From: Chiloscyllium plagiosum
Lineage: Eukaryota
Reading direction: 5' to 3'
Length of the DNA: 33,214 nt
NCBI RefSeq assembly: GCF_004010195.1
Contig: NC_057718.1
Location: forward strand, 52,310,324-52,343,537
Positions 23,510-33,214 of the stretch are shown in pieces. Numbering within the stretch: position 1 is the stretch's first letter; every line of letters begins with the position of its first letter. The translations under genes and the position numbers were made by a program. Under the pieces are notes generated by a model that was not told where the DNA came from, made no database searches, and saw only the letters and a program-made list of their open reading frames with translations.

Positions 23510-23637
23510 CCTTGTAAGAGGATTCGCAGTAGGTTAAAATCTTCGAGGAGAAAGTGAGGTCTGCAGATGCTGGAGATCAGAGCTGAAAATGTGTTGCTGG
23601 AACAGCGCAGCAGGTCAGGCAGCATCCAGGGAACAGG

Positions 23638-23675
23638 AGAATCGACGTTTCGGGCATAAGCCCTTCTTCAGGAAT
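23638..23675 (-). ncRNA. Minimal hammerhead ribozyme, upstream pseudo-LTR
   Basis: Identical core to 22043-22080; CTGAAGA at 23671-23665. Confidence 0.8.
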
Positions 23676-23913
23676 GAGGAAAGTGTGTCCAGCAGGCTAA
23701 GATAAAAGGTAGCGAGGAGGGACTTGGGGGAGGGGCGTTGGAAATGCGATAGGTGGAAAGAGGTCAAGGTGAGGGTGATAGGTCAGAGTGGGTTGGGGGC
23801 AGAGAAGTCAGGAAGAAGATTGCAGGTTAGAAAGGCAGTGCTGAGTTCGAGGGATTTGACTGAGACAAGGTGGGGGGAGGGGTAATGAGGAAACTGGTGA
23901 TTAGTGAAATGTA

Positions 23914-24300
23914 CCTCTCCATTTCAAACCTGATATGGTCATAATTGTGAGTAGTCTGTGTGGCTTTGTTCTTGCAGCTGTAGTTACAATCTCCATCAGA
24001 CAGGTAATGATGTAAAGTGGCAATACATTTCTGAATGTGAGTGTGGATTTGCAGTGCAGTGCCACCCATACCAGCAATGTGCCCTTGTAAGTTTTTCTCT
24101 GGCCACATGCACAAAGAAGTCTCATTTGTCGTTGGCAACAATTCACCTGGTGCACAGCTAGCTTTAAAGATGGTGTCAGCAGTGGAAATCCCAGTGGGAC
24201 CAAGCAGTGACAAGTACATACACCGGTGGTGAACAGAAGTTAGTGCAATGTGTGCCATCCAGGCAGAGTGTACACATAATATACTGAGTGCCAAAAAATT
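23914..24300 (-). repeat. Old dispersed repeat, inverted homolog of ~29030-29270 (possibly Harbinger subterminal sequence)
   Basis: Shared blocks TCTTTAAAGC..AGCTGTGCA, TGCAAAT.CA...CACATT.GAAA.GTATTG, TAACT.CAGCT..AAGAAC. Confidence 0.5.
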
Positions 24301-26194
24301 GCATTATAGCTCACTGTGCTCATGGAGATACATAATTTATAAAATTTTCTGAAATAGACACTGAACTAATTTTTGCTAAATGTGTTTATGTACATTTTTA
24401 TTTCAGGAATTTGCATGTCTAGCATTTGACATTAACTATCATTTTCTGGTATCAAGTTCAATCATAATAAATACTTCTTCAGATATTCATATGTATTCCC
24501 GTCTATCAATATTGTCCCAACTAATAGCTTTTGCAAATTCAAATAACTTAGGTTGTCAAAACACAATCATTGCTCTCTAACTTGTCATTTTATAACTCCC
24601 AAGTAGATAAAGTCAATTCATCCAATTAGTCAGTGTGTTCATTCAAATATAGTAAAAGCGACTCAAGAGAATATCAAGTGAGGTGTATCATTACAATCTT
24701 CTCTGTCTTGACATGAACTGGAAAGATCAGCTGCTTGAACAGAAGCACATAGAAGTGATAGCAAACTAGTTAAAACTACTGACCCTCTCGAACTGTTACC
24801 ACTTGAAAGTGTTTTATTGAGGATTTTAAAAATCAAGCTTATATAGTCAATATCAGAATTTTAGGACAGAAAGGTTGAACTCCATCACTTTTTGACTCCA
24901 AATTGAAGGATTGAATGCAATAGGAAAACCAGTCGTCTGAGCCAGAATTGGCTCCTCCACCTCAGTACAGCAGCACCTCCTATGCAGTAGTGAGACATTT
25001 AAATATGCGGTGACTACAAGATCTCAAAACCGGAAATTCAAATTTACCCCTTAAAGTAGTGTATTGCAATTGGCTTTGTGCTGTGGATGATAAATAGAAA
25101 CACTGAGCCAAACAGCTCCACAGGCCATCAACTGAGTCCTCACGAGATTTGAATAGATACTGAGTTGAATTGATAGCTGATTAACTTCTCAAGTATTGTG
25201 GCACCCTCATCTGTCACTTATGAGTGATAGATTTTAGCCCAAGGCTCTTCACCTGAACCTCCAGACTGGAAACACTCTGAAGCTTGAGGAGCTGAAGTAC
25301 TTATCACAAAGTCATGAGTCTGATGACCGTTTCAGTTGAGTTTCTGGTCAATGGCAATCAAGAAGCTCGTGTTGGGAATTTATTCATTTAAATGTTTTTG
25401 AAAGTCAAGGAAACATGGCTCAGCTTTCCATTATTACAGAATCAATAATTAACTGATGTTTTTACTTGATTCCTGGCAGTTTGAAACTAGTTGTTCTCCA
25501 AGTCTTGCTATAAGCTGCTTCATTGTCAAAGAATGGAAGAAATGGAACAATGGAAAATTGTAAGCAGACTGTTTACATTTTCACCAAGGGAAAGTGATTA
25601 AAGAAACAACTGAAAATAGTCTGACTGGTATGACTTGATCACGTCAATGGTCTCTTCTTAATGTGATGATTACTTCCTGTTTTGTAAAACACAGTGGCCA
25701 GCAACCTTCCACTATCTCCAAGACTGCTGAAGGTATTAATTTCAAATGATCTAATCTTTCAGGGATATTTCTGTTCTTTAAATTTCCTTGTCCACCATTA
25801 CTGTTCAGTGCCATGGGTTTCTCCTGTGCTGTTTGGTTGCTGCTGAGGAAGGAGGAAAGTGAAGCTAGTAATTTTTCCATAGGCATAGAGAAACTGATGG
25901 TGGGATGGAGAGATAATGGGGACCAAGACACTCTGTTCAACTTTTTATATCGCATTAACATCATGGAAGCAGATTTCCCACTATTATATCATTACAAAGG
26001 AAACAATTGGCTGATTTATAACTCCAAAAAATTGAATGGGATGTTGAAATATCACCAAAGCTCAAAACCACAGCCTATCTCTAAACAATGTGGGGAAAGG
26101 GGTTAGCACCAGAATAGAGAGGTGTGGGGGGGAATGTCAGATCACGTTGGGGAGCATTAAAATAATGGGACATAACTCTGAGCTGGGTACTGAA

Positions 26195-26818
26195 GAAGCA
26201 GCTGTGGATATAGTGTACAATCCATTGAAGGTGGCAGCACAGGTTGAGAAAGTGACTTACAAGGTATTTGGGTTCTTACATTTATAGTTGGTAACAGAGT
26301 ATAAGAATAAGAGAGTCATTGTGAGCATTTATAAAACACTGGTTCAGCCTCATCCTCTGTACTGTGCCCAGTTCTGTGCTTCATACATTAGCATAAAGTC
26401 TTTACAGAATGTACCAAAAAGATATACATAAATATATCAATGATGGAATTTAATCTTGAAAAGTGTGAGGCAATGAACTTTGAAAGTAATAGCATGACAA
26501 TTATGTACCCAACAAATATTAGGAAACTCAGAGGAACAGAGGGATCTGGAGGTGTTTGTAAATAATAGTTTATTATTGATTGATGTTCCAGGTTAATATT
26601 TATATCGTGTTTTAAGGTCCACACACTTGGCAGAATGCATTGCCTGGAAGTGTCATGTTGATACATTCAACTGAGACATTTAATTGGATAATTCTTTCAA
26701 TTTAATAATGTATATTGTTATGCAGAAAAGGAAAGAGATTGAAACTAAGAGAGCATGCAAAGACAGAATGGACCAAATGGCCTCCTCCTGTACCACAATA
26801 ATACTGTATATTCTAATG
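26195..26818 (+). mobile_element. Decayed, internally rearranged CR1 fragment
   Basis: VYNPLKVAAQVEK..YKTLVQPHPLYCAQF precedes MEFNLEKCEAMNF, the reverse of normal order. CR1 tail GGACCAAATGGCCTCCT. Confidence 0.65.
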
Positions 26819-28264
26819 CCAATTTAAAATCCATAAAATTCTGAAATCCAGAAATGATTTGGTCTCGAGTATTTCTGACTGGAGAGATCATAGTGTATCT
26901 GGCATCATAGACACCTGGCAGCACTGTGATCAGTCTAATGGGGATAATTTAAACCCTAGAAATAAGTGACTTTGGGTCAAGCAGAATGTTAAAAGATCTG
27001 AAATAACAATTTAACCTGCCTCAAATGTACTCATGTCTGATTTTGAAGAGATGAGGGGATAGATAAGCAGGCTGCAGTGAAGAGTTGAATCGGTGATTGA
27101 AACTTCTGATTCTATCTCTCCAAACCAATTTCCTCCTTGTTGTTCAGTGATCACATCCTAGCACCTTGTGATTTTTGACTACCTTGCAATTTTGTCCAAC
27201 CCCGAAAATAATGCCATATTTATCCCAACCACACCAATGGTGATTTCTAACCCCGACAACAGCTACATCTCTTCCTTTTCGACGTTGGTCTTTTCTCCAA
27301 TGCATCCAGATGAGATGAATGCCAAGTCAAACTTTCCAGTCAGAAATTTGAAAATTCAGAGCTCCAAAGTTCTCTGACAACTGTTGTTCCCAATAAATGT
27401 ATATTTGGTCAACATGTCTCCATTTTATATGTTTAGGCTATTTATAATACTTGCATTACCTGTTATAACTGTAATACCAAGGACTATCTAATGGGTATAA
27501 ACACATTTTAGCAATTAAATTGTGCAACTTGGTCATTTTTGATGGAATATTCCAGAGCATCTGGAAATAAGAGCGATTAGGTGCTACAACACCAAATCTG
27601 AGACTTTGAATTTATGTGAATATCCAATGTCCATTTTGACTATGAATGCTACCTTTAACAATTGTTAAAATAAAACTTTCTAGCATTACCTCAGAATCAG
27701 ATTTCTAACTTCAGCAGATGCACCACCAGAAGACACAATTCAGTTCAAATAAATGTCCAGTATTCCAATGTCATATCACAGCAAAGTACTTAATCCAACA
27801 TGATGGATCATGCCAAGGTTGAACGATGTGCAAATGAAGTTCAGCAACAGATATGCCTCAGGAAATAGCTAAATTGCTGAACAAACCCAGCTATCAGATT
27901 ATGGAACAAAGAAGCAGCACCCAATCAAAGAAAAATCAAAACCTGCCCACTCTAAAATTAACTTCAGAAATAGATTATTTGAGCATTCACATAGATTTTG
28001 CAACTGCAGTTATCATATGTTACACAATAACTTTATGATCGGTTCCCTGGGCACTATATTTTTCATATTCTTGTAGCATACAGGACACAACAGATCTTAT
28101 TGCATCCTTATTTTATGCAGTCATGCAATTTCACCACTGTTATGTTGATCTTTGTTATTGAGATGAAATATGCCACTTTATTCTGGCCATATGCTAACAG
28201 AGAGCAGTCACAAAGCACCTTATACAGAGTCCTATTAACTAGCTCTGAATATAGAACAGATACC

Positions 28265-28570
28265 ATTAGACCATAAGACATAGGAGCAGAAATTAGGATA
28301 TTCGGCTCATCGAGTCTGCAACACCATTCAATCATGGCTGGTAAGTTTCTCAATCCCATTCTCCCGCTTTCTCCCTGTAACCCATATCCCCTTGACAATC
28401 AAGAACGTATCTATCTCAGTCTTACATATTTTCAATGATCTGGTCTCCACAGCCTTCAATGACAATAATTCCATAGATTCACCACTTTCTGGCTGAAGAA
28501 GTTTCTCCTTATCTTCATTCTAAAAGCACTTCCCTTTACTCTAAGGCTGTGCCCTCGGGTCCTAGTCTCT
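28265..28570 (-). mobile_element. CR1 LINE 3' end
   Basis: Minus strand ACCCGAGGGCACAGCCTTAGAGTAAAGGG..GAGAAACTTCTTCAGCCAGAAAGTGGTGAATCTATGGAA..CTCCTATGTCTTATGGTCT. Confidence 0.85.
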
Positions 28571-30086
28571 ACAAATTACTATGTTTGCTCATCAGATGCT
28601 ACAGTTTTAGAAACAAAAACTTAGGATGATTACATTTTAACATGAGTGATGAAGCTGACGGTGCCATAATTTGCAAAGACGTCCCAATGAATTCTAAAGA
28701 GCTTTATTTTCATAGAGGCTTTTAAAATAAGCAGGTTCTTTTTTTAAGGAAATATGTTGCCAGGAAACGATACATGTATCTTTATGGTACAATTAATGAA
28801 CTCAGGCTATCCCAACGCTAAACAACTAGTGAAATCCTTTTGAAAGGGAGGGATGAATATTACCAGAAATCGGCCAGAGATGAATTTTGGGGGGGTTCTC
28901 TTTGTGACCTCCAGTGGGTTTACTGATGCTAGTCTCCACAGCTCACCTCATTAACTATACACCATTCTTCTATGACACCCTGCTCATCTTGTCTTCCCTC
29001 TCACTAGAAGATGAAGCATTCTCTATTGCAGGAACTTGCTGGCCAGCACTGTCTTTAAAGCCCAGCTGTGCATAAGGTCATGTGCTGCTGGCCAGGACAA
29101 TGTGTATAGTGGGAGAAAAATGATGAAAATGTTTCAAGGGCATAGGGGTGGCACAGCTCACACTCCGTTGCAAATGCAAGTCCACATTAGGAAAAGTATT
29201 GGTATTTTACATAAACACTTGTGTACCCAACAGTCATTTAACTGCAGCTAGAAGAACCATGCTGTACATGTTACCCAGCCTTAGTGCCATTCAATCTTAG
29301 TAATCCTGTCTAAAGGACTGCCTCTTTTCCCTAATGCCCAGCATAGCATTACACCTTCTTATTGTTCAACAGAGGAGCATCACATACTGAAAAACCTTAT
29401 TTAAAAATATTCTCATTTATTCAGCAATAGCAAAAGAGAAGAAAAATCAAGCAGAGGCTCCTTTACTTCTGGGAACAGAGAGAGGTTCCTGGCCTTCCAT
29501 TAATCAGTAAATGTGTAGTAATGCACCCAACTCGCCTTCCTTAGAATTGAGCGTCCAGCTTGTTGAGCATCTAACATGCAGAAGCTGGTATTCCTCTTGC
29601 TCAATTTCTTCATATTCGTCCTTGGAAGTACCCTGCTGCTCTTCCAACACTTCAGTTTCCATTACATCCTCTCTTTGCCTGCTCAACTTGTGCAGAGAGC
29701 TGCATGCAAGACTTATGCGGCTCCGCACTGTACTGTAAAACCCCATCAGACCTATTCTACCATTGTGTGAGAAACGAAGCTCACTCAATTCAAGAATTTC
29801 AGTCCGAGACAAGATCTGAAGCAGTAGTATCGTTTATTACGTTCTTGCAAGAGGGGTGTGGTGTCTATTTACCAGGTAGTCACACACACATCGAGTTTAA
29901 CGAGTATACAATATTTATGTAATTCGTCTCTCTTCCCTCCTCCCATTGCTCCTCCCCTGTTTACATTTCCCACTACTCTAAGCCTGATGCCCACTACTCT
30001 TGTTTATCTCTAAACTCATCCGGCCTTGTCCATGACAAAATGTTTACCTCTGGCCTCACAAGGCCGTTTGACCACATCCCTCTGTG

Positions 30087-30357
30087 TCTAGATTAGAATG
30101 GTGCTGGAAAAGCACAGCAGTTCAGGCAGCATTCGAGGAGCAGTAAAATCGACTTTTCGGGCAAAAGCCCTACATCAGGAATACAGGCAGAGAGCCTGAA
30201 GGGTGGAAAGATCAGGCTCTCTGCCTGTATTCCTGATGAAGGGCTTTTGCCTGAAAAGTCGATTTTCCTGCTCCTCGGATGCTGCCTGAACTACTGTGCT
30301 TTTCCAGCACCATTCTAATCTAGACTCTGGTTTCCAGCATCTGTAGTCATTGTTTTT
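30087..30357. mobile_element. PLE-terminus-derived fold-back insertion (family B) with two hammerhead cores
   Basis: 114-bp arms 30086-30199 / 30212-30325 plus a 32-nt right extension. TSD ACCACATCCCTCTGTG 30071-30086 / ACCACAGCCCTCTGTG 30358-30373. Confidence 0.92.
30229..30265 (+). ncRNA. Minimal hammerhead core (mirror copy on minus strand at 30146-30182 has CTGATGT)
   Basis: CTGATGA (30233-30239)-A-GGGC TTTT GCCT-GAAA-AGTC. Confidence 0.65.
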
Positions 30358-32452
30358 ACCACAGCCCTCTGTGGTCATTTTGTTATATATCCTTCTTCAC
30401 TGCCATCTGTTTCCCTTCCTTTCTAAAGCAACATTTCCTTTTATTCTTTGCTCAAACTGAGCCTTATGACTTCTTGATTGTGTTTGTTCTTGTTTTTGCA
30501 GAAGCAGGAAACAGATGCTTATAACTACTGTTTTTACAGGCATATCTAACTTAACCCCCTCCCCTCACAGCACCTGACCTATTTGTCTGTAACATCTACC
30601 ATTGTTTGCAGGCACATTTCATTCTTGTATGCACATTTTAGCCAATACAAAAACAATTATATATTTCCTTCACATAGTTTTCATTCTTGTTAACTTAGCT
30701 TTTGGTTGAAACAATTATACACTGGTGTGAGTTCATTTACCTTGCATAAGTAATTATGATTGCAGAAGTAACACTGCTTTACCTATATCCCACAATTGAA
30801 AGTCCTACTTCAGCAGTCCTCTTATCTGCATCACAATGGTCTTGCCAAAGAATGGGCTGCACTCCACTCAGTTTTAGTTAGGGGGATGCACATTGGAGCC
30901 ATAGTTACAGTGAGTAGTCCTTGTTTCCCAATAGTCATTTTGTACGGCACTGACCCTTGAATTACAGAATGAACATATGAGTTCTCAAACATATAGGCAT
31001 CATGAAAACTTCTAACACAGACTTCTAAGATGTGGTACCATTGATCACAGATGGCTTGCACATTAATGAATATGGTAGAGTCAACACAACATGTGCACAG
31101 TCTGTAGTAGCCTACACAAGGGAGGATCCAACAATGTCAGGAAAACCTACAGCTTGGCTGCTGCACCAACCAGTACCAAATGAGATGCAATGCTGAGATC
31201 AGGATCAAATTACATTGGTAACAGTCTTGATATATGTTGTACAGTGAGAGATTAAGTTGAGGGTTGCAAGAGTCCGCCCAGTTCCCCAATGGATTTGAGA
31301 AAGCAGCCAGTCACATAAATGTTTAGCACAGCTGTCACATTGATGGTTATTACAACTCCTTCAGGTTAACGGTCCTCCTTCAGCAATTCACACAGTTCTG
31401 TGACAGAGTCCCAGGACATCTGTAATCTCCCATGACACTACGCTTCAGTTAACTGGAGGAAACTGCATTGAAGATGATACACTAACCTCCTCTGTGCTCT
31501 GAGGGGACCTTCAACGTGACACCTTTATGTGGGGGCTGTTGAGCAGCCTCGGGGTGTTGCTGCTAGTCCGGGGCTTGTAGGCACATTTATTCCTCTTTAA
31601 TTTCTCTGCACTTTTGCAACATTACATAAATAGCAATGATAAACCCAGCTGTGACTGGATCCATTGGTCACAATTCCAATAAATCTCTGTTAGGAATGCC
31701 AGAAATAGGGCAGCTGTTAAGTAATGCAAGCAGAAATTGTTGGCATCATACACAAATTATGGTTTAATATAGTCCCCCTTACAGTGGGACACAGAGGACA
31801 CCAGCAAGGAGGGTAACAGATTGGCTCTCTATGGACCTTTGACATGGGGATCTTAATCTGATAATTGCAGCGCAAACCATGTCTGGTAAATACAGTAGGA
31901 AATTGTAAGTCCTATACAATTACTGCGGCCTTGTTCCTCACCCCACTATCATGAAAAGACAACATTTCATACAAGAGCATGTTTGTAACTATTCACAATT
32001 CAAGGTGAGGGGATATCAACTCAATGCCCTGTGCAACCTTTGGGATCATGGATTGGCTTGTGAATAGTATCTGTAGGTGCCACTTTTAAGGTCACCTGTG
32101 ATTACTTCTGCTTCTCAGAGAACTCTATAACCAATAACCAGTGATATGGTTAAGACTGTTTGTGACTAGAATATGCATCCCAAATAGCTGGACATTACAA
32201 GTGATTTACATGCACAACTCCAATATATTCACAATACAGTCTGTACTTCAATGCTGCTCTTTGAAGCACATTAGCACCTTTCAATAGAATGCTGGTGCCA
32301 GGCACTTTGCATCTATTTCAGTGTGCACAGCATCTCTGCTTTGCCTTGCCTTTTTGTGCTTTGCCCCCTCATTCAGAACTTAAAGACTCACAATTCTTCT
32401 CTCTTGCTTTGCTTTTTATTGCAGTCACAAAGCCAGGCTGATTGTAACCATC

Positions 32453-32617
32453 AGGTAAAAACAAGGATTGCAGATGCTGGAAACCAGAATCTAGATTAGA
32501 GTGGTGCTGGAAAAGCTCTATTCCTGATGAAGGGCTTTTGCCCGAAATGTCAATTTTCCTGCTCCTCGAATGCTGCCTGACCTGCTGTGCTTTTCCAGCA
32601 CCACTCTAATCTAGACT
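32453..32617. mobile_element. Asymmetric PLE fold-back insertion (family B) with one hammerhead
   Basis: 32-bp arms 32485-32516 / 32589-32620. TSD CTGATTGTAA(CCATC) 32438-32452 / CTGATTGTAA(TCGTT) 32618-32632. Confidence 0.85.
32520..32556 (+). ncRNA. Minimal hammerhead ribozyme
   Basis: CTGATGA (32524-32530)-A-GGGC TTTT GCCC-GAAA (32544-32547)-TGTC. Confidence 0.75.
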
Positions 32618-33010
32618 CTGATTGTAATCGTTGTCAGCAGTGAACAGTCAATGAGGTGGACATGTTGCTGTATGGCTTGTGCTACATCAATGCCACTCCT
32701 GCACCACATACCTGCTATGTAAGCACCAGACATACTGCATGAGCATCAATCAAATAACCATCTCTCAAAGTCTAGGTAGAGTCATCCTCAGTCAAGTCCA
32801 TGGATGCACTCTTCAGTCAGGGGGTTCTGACGCAGTACATTCAGGACTGCTACTGACAAATCCTTGGGCATGGCCAGATGGCTAGCTGGGGTAGTCAAGG
32901 TCATGGGATCTCTGTTGTGTGGGGAGTTGGACCATTTGGGGAATCATAAGAAGACAGTTGGGGAGCTGCATGGATATCAGTCAGGGATCTGATCACTTGT
33001 TATTTGTGGC

Positions 33011-33214
33011 AATCTTTGAGGAGAAAGTGAGGTCTGCAGATGCTGGAGATCAGAGCTGAAAATGTGTTGCTGGAAAAGCGCAGCAGGTCAGGCAGCATCC
33101 AGGGAACAGGAGAATCGACGTTTCGGGCATAAGCCCTTCTTCAGGAATGAGGAAAGTGTGTCCAGCAGGCTAAGAACATCATCTATTGCATCCTCTGCAC
33201 CCGATGTGGCCTCC
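33011..33214. mobile_element. Family A PLE: inverted pseudo-LTR (33011-33175, minus) joined to sense GIY-YIG sequence (33176 to window end)
   Basis: 33011-33175 matches 23538-23702. 33176-33214 reads IIYCILCTRCGL, the reverse complement of ~22497-22536. Confidence 0.88.
33111..33148 (-). ncRNA. Minimal hammerhead ribozyme
   Basis: CTGAAGA (33144-33138)-AGGGCTTATGCCC-GAAA-CGTC, identical to the 22043 and 23638 copies. Confidence 0.8.

Larger units (their letters stand above)
21987..23899 (-). mobile_element. Non-autonomous RT-less Penelope-like element (Neptune-like) with direct pseudo-LTRs
   Basis: Direct repeats 21987-22257 and 23582-23900. Perfect 14-bp TSD ATTAGTGAAATGTA 21973-21986 / 23900-23913. 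Internal GIY-YIG frame, high CpG content. Confidence 0.93.
29766..30674 (-). mobile_element. Probable solo LTR
   Basis: Inverted termini TGTGA..TCACA. Minus-strand TATA-like CATAAATAT (29911-29919) and AATAAA (29833-29838) ~70 nt from the end. Interrupts the transposase. No TSD found. Confidence 0.5.
29560..31490 (-). pseudogene. Decayed PIF/Harbinger (HARBI1-like) DDE transposase, interrupted by a solo LTR
   Basis: Ordered minus-strand remnants: SFLQLTEA*CHGRLQMSWDSVTELCELL; VTAVLNIYVTGCF; TTDCAHVVL (~31085-31108); INVQAICD..HDAY; LGNKDY (~30915-30932); then past the LTR NRSDGVLQYS..LACSSLHKL and an acidic tail. Confidence 0.8.

Noticed and set aside
22188..23557. Several extra GC-rich ORFs on both strands
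   Set aside because: Alternate or antisense frames of the PLE ORF.
21987..23899. LTR retrotransposon
   Set aside because: No TG..CA ends or PBS/PPT, a 14-bp TSD, and the repeat includes the ORF's own 3' end, which defines a PLE pseudo-LTR.
25150..27450. Traces of very old LINE fragments on the minus strand (25150-25950; RKDQRRKGRDVA near 27270-27300)
   Set aside because: Plausible but too degraded to delimit or classify.

Overview
This is non-genic vertebrate DNA, almost certainly from a shark or other elasmobranch: it carries HE1/V-SINEs, a Deu-domain SINE and HER1/CR1 LINEs. I found no intact host gene, rRNA, tRNA gene or CRISPR array. The window is a nested mosaic of CR1 LINE fragments, SINEs, a Rex1/Babar tail, a decayed PIF/Harbinger transposase, a probable solo LTR and many Penelope-like element (PLE) derivatives. 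The main signal is a PLE/hammerhead-ribozyme system with about 14 minimal type-I hammerhead cores (CUGANGA-helix II-GAAA-NNUH) from about six sequence families. Five short fold-back insertions are built from ribozyme-bearing PLE termini, each with its own 8-16 bp target-site duplication (TSD). A 1.9-kb RT-less PLE with a perfect 14-bp TSD has two direct-repeat hammerheads bracketing a 1595-nt unit that carries a fused N-terminal/GIY-YIG reading frame, a retrozyme-like layout. Family names come from remembered motifs, not database searches. Boundaries of old elements are approximate.
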